NCBI GenBank assembly: GCA_963675595.2
Contig: CAXXLZ010000002.1
Location: 128,001-192,000 of the forward strand
Direction of reading: 5' to 3'
Length of the DNA: 64,000 nt
DNA from: Thermodesulfobacteriota bacterium
Lineage (GTDB): Bacteria > Desulfobacterota > Desulfarculia > JACQYL01
In this document: positions 39,990 through 52,941 of the stretch, piece by piece
Layout: every line of letters starts with the position of its first letter
Position numbering within the stretch: position 1 is the stretch's first letter
The notes under the pieces: generated by a model
The model's database searches: none
What the model was told of the DNA's origin: nothing
The model's input: the letters and a program-made list of their open reading frames with translations, nothing else
Program-made: the position numbers and the translations under genes

Positions 39990-40949
39990 TCAACCGACCC
40001 CGGTCTTGTCGGGGATCCCCAACAGATGCCGCTTCAGAAGTTCTTTGACGAAATCCGGCAGCACAAGACTCAGTGCACTACGGCAAAAGGGGCGGGCACA
40101 GCGCAGGAAAACGTGCACCGTCCCTCGCCGCCGTTGCCGCGGATCCGTGCATCCATCCTTCAAATAGGATCGAAGCACCCGAAAATGATCGGCCCAGTGC
40201 CGAACGCCGTCCCGCACCCGAGCGCTCGTGCTGCCGGGATAATGTCTCTTCCTGCTGACGCAATGGGGAACGTAAAGCAGTCGGCCTCTCAGGGCCAGGC
40301 CGAAGACCCAACCGTCGTCGGCGGCGAAGGATTCATACGAAGGCCGAATGAACAAGCCGGATCGGGCGATCACCTGCCTCCGGAAAAGGCCTCGGAAAGC
40401 TTTGCTCGGGCGCCAATGCAGCAACTTCATGGCGCTCAGGAAGGTCCAGGAATCCTCCGATGCAAAGGGAGGCGGTACGAATTCGTAGGAAGTGGGAGCA
40501 CCCGCCAGATCGACGGCCTCATAGGGCCCGAAAGCCCCCACCGCGTCGGGGTGCGCCTCCAGACACGACACCAGGTCGGGAATATAATTGCCGGGATACA
40601 TATCATCGTGGGGCATCCAAACAAAGTACCTGCCCGTGAATTCACCCAAAAGCGCATTGTAGTGATCCACCCAGCCGATACGATCCCTTCGTTTGATGAA
40701 TCGAAAACGGGGGTCCCGGCCGTATCGTTCCTCCAATACGTCCACGGCGTCGTCGACGCAATGCCGGTCCGAGATGATAATTTCCAAATTCCCGTACGTG
40801 AGGGCGTCCAGATTCATGATCAGGCCGTCCAGAAAGCGGCGGGACCGAAAAAGAGGAATTCCCACGGAAACCGGAGGCTCTTCCGGCATGTATTGGGAAC
40901 GGTTCATTGCGGGATGTCCTTGACAGTGAAAGGCGCCCTTTTTCACCAA
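39990..40949 (-). CDS. Glycosyltransferase family 2 (start uncertain)
   Basis: VSVGIP, IIISD, WMPHDD. Confidence 0.8.
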   Translation of the reverse strand: MVKKGAFHCQGHPAMNRSQYMPEEPPVSVGIPLFRSRRFLDGLIMNLDALTYGNLEIIISDRHCVDDAVDVLEERYGRDPRFRFIKRRDRIGWVDHYNALLGEFTGRYFVWMPHDDMYPGNYIPDLVSCLEAHPDAVGAFGPYEAVDLAGAPTSYEFVPPPFASEDSWTFLSAMKLLHWRPSKAFRGLFRRQVIARSGLFIRPSYESFAADDGWVFGLALRGRLLYVPHCVSRKRHYPGSTSARVRDGVRHWADHFRVLRSYLKDGCTDPRQRRRGTVHVFLRCARPFCRSALSLVLPDFVKELLKRHLLGIPDKTGVG

Positions 40950-41351
40950 TCCGCATCATTTGGCCATTGCAGCCGGCTGAAGAACGCCCGGATGACACCG
41001 GCTATGCCGGAACAAGCCGTTTATCCCTTAACGTATGGATAAAACAGCGTTTTCGTTCAGCCGAACTATAGAGAATCGATATCAGGGTGTCAAATGATGT
41101 CCAACCTTGCGTAAGCCGGATCCGCCTTCGGCCCGCCGTGAGCGAACCGGAACCCTGAAAGGCGGCCCTTCCCGCTCTTGGACATCCTGAGGAAGAACCG
41201 AAAAAACGCCTATTGTCCATCATGAAAGAAACGATGTAGGATCACTTTCCAGTCCGCCTGAGCCAATCACCGCGCGGATACGCACTGTGATCCGGATAAA
41301 CGTGACCGGACACCCCCCCTCAACCTTTCAACGGCCCATTCGGGAGGACCT

Positions 41352-42230
41352 ATGAACTTCACACGCAGGCAATTCCTCTGCTCCGGCCTGCTGGCCGGAG
41401 CCGCGACCCTGTTGCCCCGATCCATCCTGCAGGCGGCTCCGTCCCAAAACAAGGAACTGCGCATCGCTCTGTGCCATCTGGAGGCCGAGCAGGGGGACAT
41501 TGCCGGTAATCGTTCCCTGGTGGAAAACGCAGTGGAAACCGCCGCGCGGGCCGGCGCCGGCTGGATCGTCACACCGGAATTGTGCGTCCCGGGGTATGGA
41601 TTCGCGGAAAAAATCGGAACGGACTGGATTCGGCCGCAGCCCGGTCCATGGATGCAGGCCATGATGCAACGGGCCGAGGCACTGAAAGTCACCCTCTTCC
41701 TGTCCCATCCCGAACGCGACCCGGCCGCCGGCACGCTCCACAACACCGTGTTCGTCATCGGGTCGAACGGCGGAATCTTGGGAAGCTACCGCAAGATACG
41801 GGCGCTCAAACACGGCGCTGAAGCCTGGTCGTCGCCCGGAACCACCGCCGAACCCATCGAGGTGCCGTCCTTCGGGCGCGTGGGGGTACTCATCTGCGCC
41901 GACGCCTGGAAGCCGGACATCGCCGAGGAGCTTCAGCGCAAAGGAGCCCTCATCCTGGTATCTTCCGCCGCCTGGTCCCCCGGAGAACACGGACCCGGAG
42001 ACGTGTGGGAGCGACGCACCCAAGAAACCGGCATTCCCCTGGTGGTGTGCAACCGTACCGGCATGGACGGGGACACGGACTTCCGCCCATCGGAAAGCAT
42101 CGTGGCCTATCAGGGGCGGCGACTGCACACCTTTCGATCGAAGACCTCGGCCGTGTTCTTGGTGGACTGGAACCCGGACCGCGCCGTTCCCTTCTCCCAA
42201 CCCGGACCCGGCATCGTTCTTGAACGGTGA
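41352..42230 (+). CDS. Tat-exported carbon-nitrogen hydrolase (nitrilase superfamily)
   Basis: TRRQFL Tat signal; E (TPEL), K (YRK), C (ICAD) triad. Confidence 0.85.
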   Translation: MNFTRRQFLCSGLLAGAATLLPRSILQAAPSQNKELRIALCHLEAEQGDIAGNRSLVENAVETAARAGAGWIVTPELCVPGYGFAEKIGTDWIRPQPGPWMQAMMQRAEALKVTLFLSHPERDPAAGTLHNTVFVIGSNGGILGSYRKIRALKHGAEAWSSPGTTAEPIEVPSFGRVGVLICADAWKPDIAEELQRKGALILVSSAAWSPGEHGPGDVWERRTQETGIPLVVCNRTGMDGDTDFRPSESIVAYQGRRLHTFRSKTSAVFLVDWNPDRAVPFSQPGPGIVLER

Positions 42231-42344
42231 AGGAATCATTGAGGCGAAAAACCACTCCGCGGGCCTGCGCTTCCTGCCTCGCCGCTGCGGCGTACCAGGG
42301 GTTCTCCGGGAAGACGGACGCGATCCTTTTTTTAGGAAATTGAA

Positions 42345-42689
42345 ATGAATCAATCGGCATTGAAAAAGGCATACAAACAGACCAAACGACCCATGGGAGT
42401 CTATCGGATCGGAATCGCCGGAGCCAACAAGGTGTATGTCGGCTACGGCACCGATGTTCAGGCGAAAATCAATAGGCACAAAGCTGAATTGAAGTTTGGC
42501 AGTCACCGAAACAGAGAATTGCAGGAAACATGGAATTCATCGGGCGAGTCCGATGTTACATTCGAGGTGCTGGACGTCCTGGATCAAAAGGAGGATTCCC
42601 CATCGAGTCCCGACGATGAACTGCGGATTCTCACGGAAATGTGGATTCAGAAGCTGCTGAAATCGGGGAATTCGGTGGTGCGCCTGTGA
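42345..42689 (+). CDS. Small GIY-YIG family protein
   Basis: MGVYRI...VYVG...NRH...FGSHRN. Confidence 0.7.
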   Translation: MNQSALKKAYKQTKRPMGVYRIGIAGANKVYVGYGTDVQAKINRHKAELKFGSHRNRELQETWNSSGESDVTFEVLDVLDQKEDSPSSPDDELRILTEMWIQKLLKSGNSVVRL

Positions 42690-42864
42690 AGAACGGCCCA
42701 CTCGAAGCCGCCCGCCCTCGACCCGGATTGAAGTGGCCGGCTGCGGGAAAAAGGAAGGCAAAGGAAAAGCTCTTTATGCGTGAGTACCTGTTCGCAGGGG
42801 CATTATGACGCCTTCGCCGGGCTGCCGGGTTTTCAGGTTTCCGACGTGCAACCTGCGTTTCTGT

Positions 42865-44888
<2,024 letters not shown>

Positions 44889-45260
44889 GAGCACTCACGG
44901 GGGGGAACTTTTTAAAAAGTTCCCCCGGAGGTCCTGTGACGAATGAGCAGGCATATCCCCGCGTAACACACGGCTTGTGAACAGCCGAACCATCGTTGTA
45001 TGATGAAGATTGTACTCGGTTGGAATGCGATATCCTGCACGACGCTACACACGACGGTCGGCTCATGCGAGGTGTGCGTTCACGGATCCCCAACCATTGG
45101 GCTTTTCGACGAAAGCGTTGCCGCTTGGATGCCGGGATCGGCTTCGTCCCGTCAGGGACGGAGCCCGCAAGGGGGTCCGGGGGAACCGTGTTCCCCCGGG
45201 AAACAATTACAGAAGTTCCCTTCCCCGTGAATGGGTACCGTCCATAAAGGAGGACTTTCC

Positions 45261-47216
45261 ATGGGAACATGGTCCCGGTACGGCGGTTTCATCGCATGGG
45301 TGTTGCTGAGCTGTATTGCGGGTCAGGCACATGCCGCCGCTTCTCTTGAACTATACGGAACCTTCCATGCCATGGGCGTGATCATCACCCTGGATCCCGG
45401 CGACGATTCCGACCTGGACGCCGCAGCTCAGATCGAATATCGCAGCGGAACCGAGTCCTTTCGACCGGGGTTTCCTTTGAGCCGTGTGTCGGATACCCGC
45501 TTTGTCGGGAGCCTGTTCTCCCTCGAACCGGGAACCGCCTATGAAGTCCGAGTGACCCTCGCCGACCCCGACGGACCGCCCCTCAACGGCGTCATCGTAT
45601 CGGGCACGGCCTCCACCAGGGCTGAAATTCACATTCCGGACCCCAAAAAAGTCTATTACGTCGCGCCCGACGGGAGCGGCTCTTCGTGCACCCTGTCAAC
45701 CCCCTGTGCGTTGACCTACGCCGTTGCTCAAGCCCAGGCGGGCGAAGCGGTGTTCCTGCGGGGCGGCACCTATTCCACCGGGGATATCAGCCCGCCTCGA
45801 TCCGGCACGGCCGACGAGCCCATCGTCATCCGCGCTTATCCCGGCGAAACCGCCGTGTTGGACGGTTCCGACCCGGATTCCGACCAATTTGCCTGGTCCC
45901 CCTATCAGAACGGCGTGTACACCGCCACGGTGAATGCCGCGAACCCCCATTACATCACGGCCGACGGAGTTCGACTCTTCCCTTATGACGACCTGACCGA
46001 CCTTGAGCAGCTCGCCCGCGACGGCATGCCCGGATTCTATGCGACCGGGACCACCTTGTACGTACACCTGGCCGGGGATGAAAACCCGTCCGGCGTCTCC
46101 ATGGTCATCTCCCGCTTCGGCAACGCCTTCTACGTGGAGCAGGACTACCTCTTCTTCTTGAATCTGACCTTCCGTTACTACGGCCAGGGCGATTATCCCA
46201 AAGTGTTCTATCTGAACAATGCCGGGAACACCCTCATCGACGGCTGCACCTTTGAAAACAACGACCTGGGCATCGGCATCAAACGCAATTCAAATCGCAA
46301 TGTCATCCAGAACAACGTTTTTTCCGACGTGATCTTCCAATGGCCCTGGGACCATATCAAAGACACGGGCGGGTTGGAGGACGGCGGCATTGCGTTTTAC
46401 GAGCCGGTGGACGGCCGCGGGAACATTATCCGGCGCAATACGTTTCACGATGATTTCGACGGATTCGGTGCGTGCCCCGGTTCGTCCTCAGCCGTGACCA
46501 ATGAAACCGATGTTTATGAGAATCTGGTCTACAACATGGGCGACGACGGCATGGAGACCGACGGTCACTGCAGCAACGTCAGAATCTGGGGCAATGTGTT
46601 CCACGACGTGCTCATGGGGATTTCCCTGGCCCCCACCTATGTGGGCCCGACCTACGCCATCCGCAACGTGATCTATCGCACCGGCGTGGGAAACAACTCC
46701 TACAGCGGAAGCCCGTTCAAGTTCAACAGCGGTTACGCCCAATCCGGGCCCATGTATCTGTTCCACAACACGGCGGATGCCGCCCTGCCCGGCAACAACG
46801 GTTTGTACGTCAAGGTTCCCGGTACCTGGACCATGATCTACGCTCGCAACAATATCTGGTGCGGCACCGACTATGCCGTCAACAACGTCAATACCGGCCA
46901 ACCCATGGATCTGGACTACGATGACCTGTACAACGGAAGTACGAGTCGCTTGGTGTATTGGACCCCCGGACGCTACGATACATTGGCCGAATTTACGGCT
47001 GCCACCGGCCAAGAAACCCATGGCCTGTCTTCCGCCCCGGGTTTCAAGGACCCCGAAAGCGGCGATTACCGTTTATCCGCGTCGAGCGCCTTGATCGACC
47101 AAGGAGTAGTCATTCCGGGCATCAACTCCGACTATCGGGGAAGCGCGCCCGACCTCGGCGCCTATGAGTGCACGTATTCCTTTCCCGCAATCTACATTCT
47201 GCTTGTTGATGAATAA
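45261..47216 (+). CDS. Secreted FN3 plus right-handed beta-helix protein
   Basis: AAGGAGG RBS, signal peptide, LEPGTAYEVRV (FN3), YYVAPDG, Asn-rich repeats, APDLGAYE. Confidence 0.8.
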   Translation: MGTWSRYGGFIAWVLLSCIAGQAHAAASLELYGTFHAMGVIITLDPGDDSDLDAAAQIEYRSGTESFRPGFPLSRVSDTRFVGSLFSLEPGTAYEVRVTLADPDGPPLNGVIVSGTASTRAEIHIPDPKKVYYVAPDGSGSSCTLSTPCALTYAVAQAQAGEAVFLRGGTYSTGDISPPRSGTADEPIVIRAYPGETAVLDGSDPDSDQFAWSPYQNGVYTATVNAANPHYITADGVRLFPYDDLTDLEQLARDGMPGFYATGTTLYVHLAGDENPSGVSMVISRFGNAFYVEQDYLFFLNLTFRYYGQGDYPKVFYLNNAGNTLIDGCTFENNDLGIGIKRNSNRNVIQNNVFSDVIFQWPWDHIKDTGGLEDGGIAFYEPVDGRGNIIRRNTFHDDFDGFGACPGSSSAVTNETDVYENLVYNMGDDGMETDGHCSNVRIWGNVFHDVLMGISLAPTYVGPTYAIRNVIYRTGVGNNSYSGSPFKFNSGYAQSGPMYLFHNTADAALPGNNGLYVKVPGTWTMIYARNNIWCGTDYAVNNVNTGQPMDLDYDDLYNGSTSRLVYWTPGRYDTLAEFTAATGQETHGLSSAPGFKDPESGDYRLSASSALIDQGVVIPGINSDYRGSAPDLGAYECTYSFPAIYILLVDE

Positions 47217-47441
47217 TATCATGAACATTTACGGGGGGGGCCTTTTGAAAAAGTCCCCCCCGTGCCCCCCGCCAAACCTCTCAAGCGAGCCTCACCGCCT
47301 TCGGCGGAGAGGCTCGGGTAATGCAACGACAACAGCATTCGCCCGAAACCCGGACGCTGATTCAGGAGGCGAATTCTTCTTCGGCCGAACGTCCATTTAA
47401 AGAGTGTTCCGATTCATGTCGTTCAAGGGAGACCTGCATTC

Positions 47442-49505
47442 CTACCATTTGAAATCAAGCCCCGCGTACAAAAACCGGCCCGGTTCGTTCACCACGGCCG
47501 GAGTCGCGCCCGATCCCCCGATGACGTCCCATTCATAGGAATTCACCACCGCGTACTTCCGATCGAACAGATTGTCCACGCCGAGGTTGAGGGTCCATGA
47601 CCGGAAGCGACATCCCAGTCGCAGGTTTACGATATCCCACGATGAAAGGCGTTTTTCGCCCGCGTCCGCATCCACATCGTCGGCCGCGTTGGAATGCACC
47701 CATTCGGCGGTTCCGTATAGTCCCGCATCGTCCACGCCGAACGCATGATCGTTGTTGTAGTTCAGCGCCACCCGGCTCTTGAGCGGCGCTATCTGGCCGA
47801 GATCGTCGTCATCGTTGTTGTCCGGTCGGCTCTCCTTGCGTCCGCGCTGGACAGCCACTCCTCCGTCCAGCGAAAAGTCGTAGAACAGATCCACGGCGGC
47901 CTTGACGTCTCCTCCGTAAATGTACGCATCGATATTGGTATAGGTCTTGTAGCCCCCGAGGTTGTTTTCCTGATAAATGTAATCCTCCAGGTAGGAGTAG
48001 AATCCCTTGGCCTGAAACATCCAGCGTCCGCTTTCAAATCGGACGCCCAGGTCCGCTTCCGTGTTGGCCGTGGGTTCCAGTTCGGGGTTGCCGAAAAAGC
48101 TGGAACCACCCTGTATATAACGCTCGCAGGACGTGGGAGTGCGATAACTGCGCCCGATGCCGCCGAAGAGCGAGGCTTGGTCCGTCAGGAAAACCTTGGC
48201 CGACACATGTCCCCCGATCATATGATCCACCCGGCGGTTCTTGCCGGAAACGGTCCGGCTCCATACGAGTTCCTCGTCCGCTTCCTGCCGGAATCGATCG
48301 TATCGCAGACCCACGCTCAAAACCCAACGCTCGAACGATTTTTCAGCCTGCAGGTAGGTTCCCACGTTCAGACTTTGCACCGAGGGAATGAGATTGTCGT
48401 TGAGCAAAGCCCCCGTCTCGCTGTTGTATACGTCCCCCCACCAGTCGCGGTGATAAAAGTCCACGCCGTAGGTCAAGATCGCGAAATCCGCGTCCGTTAC
48501 GTTCTGGATACCGCCGCCGGTAATGACGGATTCGACTTCGTTGCTTTTGGGCACGGCCACGTCTCGGTATTCCTGAAACGGGTAGTGTTCCACGGCGTTT
48601 CGATAAAAGGAAACGGTCAGCTTTTCCGACAGGCCGCCGAGGTCCCGCATCTCCCAGCGCGCCCGGGTAAGGTGGGTAATCTCCTTTTCCGTGTCGAACA
48701 CGACCCGGGGCGTGAGGATATCCTCGGCTCTGCCGTAACTGTGCTCCAGCAGGATGGTGTGCTGGTCGTTGGGAGTGAACCGCAGAGCGCCCCACGCATC
48801 GTGCTTCCGGAATGCTTTTGCGTCGCACCCCTCGGCGTTGTACGGAGCGGCCAGACCTTCCCGCACTTTCCACAGACGATCGCCGTCACCGTCCTCATAC
48901 TGCTCGGACTCGGAATAATTGTAGCCCAGAAGCCCCTGGGCCGTTTGAGTACCGCCGGAAGTCGTCAGGCCGCCGCTGTAAAATCCGTAGCTGCCGGCCT
49001 TCCCGAGAATCTCGCCGTTAAAGCCCGGCCCGGGTTCTTTGGTGATCACGTCCACGTATCCCCCGAGACAGCCCGGTTTCTTCACATCGAACGGGCCTTC
49101 CTGAACGATCAGCTTTCGGACCTTCAACATATTGATGTGAGAAAGGGACGGGTCCTTGCGGCTGCCGCAGGCGCCCTCGAGAATACCTCCATCGATCATG
49201 ACCTTCATGTTTTCCTGTCCGAAGCCGCGCATGGAAATTTCGTTTCCGTAGACGCTCTTGCGGATCATCTGAACTTCCACCAGTTCGTCCGCCAGGATTT
49301 CAGCCAGGTCGACCACCTTGTGCGTCCTGAGAGCCCGGCTCTCGATCTCTTGTTGGTCGTCCGATTCCTTGGCGGCGTTGACCACCACGGTATCCAGCTG
49401 AATCACACCCCCGTCGTCCACGTCCTTTAATTCACCCGCCTGCAAAAGCCCGGCGGACAGGCAGATCACCAGGCCCGCCGCAAGGGCGTTTCTTATCCAA
49501 TTCAT
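47442..49505 (-). CDS. TonB-dependent receptor (OprC/NosA-like metal receptor)
   Basis: Signal peptide, TonB box DTVVV, plug [24 protein letters not shown]-terminal W. Confidence 0.88.
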   Translation of the reverse strand: MNWIRNALAAGLVICLSAGLLQAGELKDVDDGGVIQLDTVVVNAAKESDDQQEIESRALRTHKVVDLAEILADELVEVQMIRKSVYGNEISMRGFGQENMKVMIDGGILEGACGSRKDPSLSHINMLKVRKLIVQEGPFDVKKPGCLGGYVDVITKEPGPGFNGEILGKAGSYGFYSGGLTTSGGTQTAQGLLGYNYSESEQYEDGDGDRLWKVREGLAAPYNAEGCDAKAFRKHDAWGALRFTPNDQHTILLEHSYGRAEDILTPRVVFDTEKEITHLTRARWEMRDLGGLSEKLTVSFYRNAVEHYPFQEYRDVAVPKSNEVESVITGGGIQNVTDADFAILTYGVDFYHRDWWGDVYNSETGALLNDNLIPSVQSLNVGTYLQAEKSFERWVLSVGLRYDRFRQEADEELVWSRTVSGKNRRVDHMIGGHVSAKVFLTDQASLFGGIGRSYRTPTSCERYIQGGSSFFGNPELEPTANTEADLGVRFESGRWMFQAKGFYSYLEDYIYQENNLGGYKTYTNIDAYIYGGDVKAAVDLFYDFSLDGGVAVQRGRKESRPDNNDDDDLGQIAPLKSRVALNYNNDHAFGVDDAGLYGTAEWVHSNAADDVDADAGEKRLSSWDIVNLRLGCRFRSWTLNLGVDNLFDRKYAVVNSYEWDVIGGSGATPAVVNEPGRFLYAGLDFKW

Positions 49506-49907
49506 GAATATCCCTCCCGTCGCGCGGAAAGGCGCACGGAGACGCTTGGCCGCAATCACGCACACGGCTCCCCCATGGCGTATTTCCACACAGTTGAAAC
49601 GGTATCGATTGGTGCCGGCTCACGTGAGCTTCTTCGCCGATTCAGCGCATTCAGACCGCCGAGTCCTCGGCGAAAACTGCGGTGATTACGGACCCGACAA
49701 TTGATACACAGAGAGCGCCCAACCCCGGCTGCAGCGCGCAAGCAAGCGACCCGCTCAATAAGTTTTGGATGGGGTGCGGGCAAACCTTTTTCAAAAGGTT
49801 TACCCGCCTACCCTGTGAATAGACACACTCTTTGAAAAGTTCCCCCCCGTGAATGCGTCCGAATGGATACTCGGATCGTTGTCGGGACCGTCTGATAAAC
49901 AGGGGGA

Positions 49908-50342
49908 TCAGCAGGCCGGAGGCGCGCGAGGAAAGACGCTGGAAGAGAAGGGCCTCTCCGCGACGTGTTCATCCCGGCACGGCGCGGTCGGGCGGAAAGC
50001 CGGTTTGGCGAAGGCGACCGTTGCAGGAATCAGCCAACCGTTCTTCAGCAGTTGGGTGAACGTCCGGCATAGCGGACAGGTTGACGGATCATGCTCCCGG
50101 CCCCCCGGGTTCGGCAAGCCCTTTACGACGGCGCCCTCGTTTCCCGGGGCATGACGGACCGTTTCACCGTGAAGCGAATGAACGGAAGCGAAATGGATAC
50201 GTTGCGTGCAGGAAGCGTGACGGCAGGTGTGGTGGTGATCGCATACCACGAGATGCAACGCGTGAAACAGAGGCGAAACCGCCAACAGCAGCGCCGCCGT
50301 CATGCAAAGAGCCCGGCCGGCTATGACGGGGATTCGTGGCAT
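49908..50342 (-). CDS. DUF2946/CruR-like leader protein (signal peptide, His-rich, CxxC, RAPP)
   Basis: Hydrophobic N-terminus, HHH tract, CPLC, C-terminal PRAPP; upstream of the TonB receptor. Confidence 0.7.
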   Translation of the reverse strand: MPRIPVIAGRALCMTAALLLAVSPLFHALHLVVCDHHHTCRHASCTQRIHFASVHSLHGETVRHAPGNEGAVVKGLPNPGGREHDPSTCPLCRTFTQLLKNGWLIPATVAFAKPAFRPTAPCRDEHVAERPFSSSVFPRAPPAC

Positions 50343-50721
50343 GTTTCCATCCGTTACTCATTCTCGGGGGAGGACTTTCGGGAAAGTCCTCCCCCGACCC
50401 CCCCCCAAAGCGCATTGGGCAGGCCTCACCGCCTTCGGCGGAGAGGCTGCGGAAAAATTCAGGTTTTCTCAACCATTCCCAACGTTCCTTACCTCTGCTG
50501 AATCAGCAAAGATCCTCCCAAGCTCGGCTTTGTCCGGGAAAGGACGGACCCTCGTTTCGCTCTTGCGAATCGGTTAGGGAATTCATCATACGAGCGGCAG
50601 GTGACCGTACAACATATCCAAATAATTAAAGTTTTTTGAAAGGAGCCCAAGGGAGCCCTTTCTTCAAAAAAGGTTCCCTCGGATACCCCTCTGCATGCTC
50701 ACAACGAATTTCCATCGTACG

Positions 50722-50792
50722 AATGCGAATGCATTTGCATTATACGATCCGCCCGCTCAGGTCAATGATTATTGCAAAGCCACTTGCAATAA
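50722..50792. promoter_or_regulatory. Two palindromic operator-like boxes (TGCAA-N6-TTGCA type)
   Basis: AATGCGAATGCATTTGCATT (50722-50741) and TTATTGCAAAGCCACTTGCAATAA (50769-50792) in the divergent region. Confidence 0.5.
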
Positions 50793-50832
50793 GGCCCGCA
50801 GACGTCTATCATCAGTTGCAAAGGTACGGATC

Positions 50833-51225
50833 ATGAAGCGAAAAACATCCCAAAGAGCGGCCATTGAGCAGGTCTTCCGCCAACAGGACCGCCCGCTCCG
50901 CATTGATGAAATCCTCCAGCACGGCCGCGCCGTGGTACCGTCCTTGAACCAGGCCACCGTCTACCGCAATCTCAAGCTCCTGGTGGAAGACGGATGGCTC
51001 GCCCTTATCAGTCATCCGTCGCTGGGCACGTTTTACGAGCGCGCGGGCAAAGGACACCATCACCATTTCCATTGCCGAGGCTGCAATCGTCTTTTCGAGC
51101 TTCCCGGTTGCGCGCTGAATCTAGCCGAGGCCGCACCCAAAGGATTTGTATTGGAGGATCACCTGATCTACCTATCCGGCGTGTGTCCCACTTGCGCTTT
51201 GGGCGGCCGCCAAAACCACGGCTGA
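50833..51225 (+). CDS. Fur/Zur-family metalloregulator
   Basis: [28 protein letters not shown]. Confidence 0.9.
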   Translation: MKRKTSQRAAIEQVFRQQDRPLRIDEILQHGRAVVPSLNQATVYRNLKLLVEDGWLALISHPSLGTFYERAGKGHHHHFHCRGCNRLFELPGCALNLAEAAPKGFVLEDHLIYLSGVCPTCALGGRQNHG

Positions 51226-51611
51226 TCCCGAGCGCCGTCCCCTGCTTTGTCCCGCATGAAAGCCGACGCAAGCATTGACGTGGGAGGACTTTCGAGAAAG
51301 TCCTCCCACGCGCCCCCTTTCAAAGCCCTTTGGGCGAGCCTCACCGCCGCCGGCGGGGAGGCCCGGTTAAAACGTTTGGAAGGGGGCGCACGGGGGGGAA
51401 CTTTTTTAAAAGTTCCCCCCGTGAATAATTACGATGAATGTACGGAAGGGAATCGGTATGGGGTTCCCCCATTTACGGCATTCCACCGCCACTTTCATCA
51501 CTCCCAAGACACGAAAAGTGCAAAAATTTGGCAAAAAAGTGCAAGCAATTTGCGGGGAGGGGGGCTATAGGTGAACTCCATATTTCGCCACATTTGCATT
51601 CAATCATTTTT

Positions 51612-51724
51612 GAGACAAAGCCACACCCCGGGTGACCGGGGGCCGGAAAGCCACGGGTCCTGAGGACACGGGATAAGAAGTCGAATCGATTCTCTCCCGA
51701 ATCCGGACAGCCGGGTTGCCGCAT
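51612..51724 (+). ncRNA. c-di-GMP-I (GEMM-I) riboswitch
   Basis: P2 CCCGG-GTGA-CCGGG with GNRA loop, GGAAAGCC junction, GGGTCC...GGACAGCCGGGTTGCCG; overlapping hairpin 51707-51744. Confidence 0.8.
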
Positions 51725-52203
51725 GACGCATGCGACCCGGCTGTTTGCATTTCGGGTCCGATGAAAACGCACAGGGTTTCAGCTTGGGGAAGGAGGTGCC
51801 CTGGAAACGGATACCTTTAGTGCATAAAAGAGAAGGCCCGCATGCCTCCGCCAAGACGCTCTGCGGGCCTTCGAGGGACGCGCCGACGCCGACGGCGGGC
51901 ACGCAGTCCGCTTCCCGGCGGAAGCGAAGTATCTCATTTTAGCCCCCCCTGCCGTTGGCGTCAACCCGGCCGGAGATCACTCTCCTCGCTTCTTCTCCCT
52001 GCGTCCCAGTGACGAAACATGACGCGCAACGCCGCAGGTCGCGTTTTCCGGCGGCCTGCCGGCGTGATCATGCGGTGATCGTGTTCGGAAACTCCCACCG
52101 CGCGGCGAACGCCCTGCCGCGGCGGGAAGAAAGTGGAAACGACGGTTCATCAACCAACAGATCCGGAGCTGTACGCAACCCAACAACAGGGGAGGGAAAA
52201 AAG

Positions 52204-52890
52204 ATGAAAAGCACGAAGATTCTCAAGATTTCGGTTCTGATGATGCTATGGGTCGCCGCGCTCGCCTGGCCGGTCTCGTCGGCTCAGGCCACGCCCTATT
52301 ACTTCACGGGTGCAAACGGCGCGAGCGCCTGGATTGAGGTGGATGCCTGGGCGGGCACCGGAGCAAACGAAACGATTCTGGTCGTGGACTGGAACATCTA
52401 TTCAGGTCCCTACCAAACCGAAGCGCACGCGTTCGGCTTCCGCTGGGACGGCACGGCGTACGAATCGGATCTGCTCAACGCATTGAACGATGCCGGCGTA
52501 TTCACCGTGACCTCCAGCTATGGTGGGGCGTTCCTCGATGATATCGTCTACGACGACGGTGTCGATCTCCATACGCACGCCGACGAACCGGGAAGCTGGA
52601 ATCTCGCAAGTACCGACGATCCCTACGCCCAATGGGGCACCTGGGGGGATGGAAACGGGCTGGGTGACTGGTACCCCAATACCGCCGGCTTTAACGCCGA
52701 GTTGCTCGCAGATGGTCAGCTCGAGGGCATCAACGCGATTGCGTGGTTCAGCGGGGACCCCAACGCGTATTACCTGGATGTTCCTTATTCCGCCCCCGTA
52801 CCCGTTCCGCCGTCACTCATCTTGATGCTCAGCGGCCTCATGGGCACGGGTGGGCTTAGGTTTATACTCCGCAGACGACGATTAAGCTAG
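52204..52890 (+). CDS. PEP-CTERM/VPLPA-CTERM exosortase substrate
   Basis: Signal peptide; C-terminal PVPVPPS, TM segment and RRRR; GGAGG RBS. Confidence 0.85.
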   Translation: MKSTKILKISVLMMLWVAALAWPVSSAQATPYYFTGANGASAWIEVDAWAGTGANETILVVDWNIYSGPYQTEAHAFGFRWDGTAYESDLLNALNDAGVFTVTSSYGGAFLDDIVYDDGVDLHTHADEPGSWNLASTDDPYAQWGTWGDGNGLGDWYPNTAGFNAELLADGQLEGINAIAWFSGDPNAYYLDVPYSAPVPVPPSLILMLSGLMGTGGLRFILRRRRLS

Positions 52891-52909
52891 ACGGCTGATC
52901 CTGCCGCCC

Positions 52910-52941
52910 AAGGGACGGTGCACACCGTCCCTTCGGTCTTT
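52910..52941 (+). terminator. Terminator-like hairpin after the PEP-CTERM gene
   Basis: AAGGGACGGTG-CA-CACCGTCCCTT inverted repeat. Confidence 0.55.

Noticed and set aside
51790-52062. Cobalamin riboswitch (AGGTGC...ATAAAAGAGAA...CCTGCC)
   Set aside because: The core CCCGC-ACTGT and B12-box motifs are not recognisable; kept only as an unknown structured leader.
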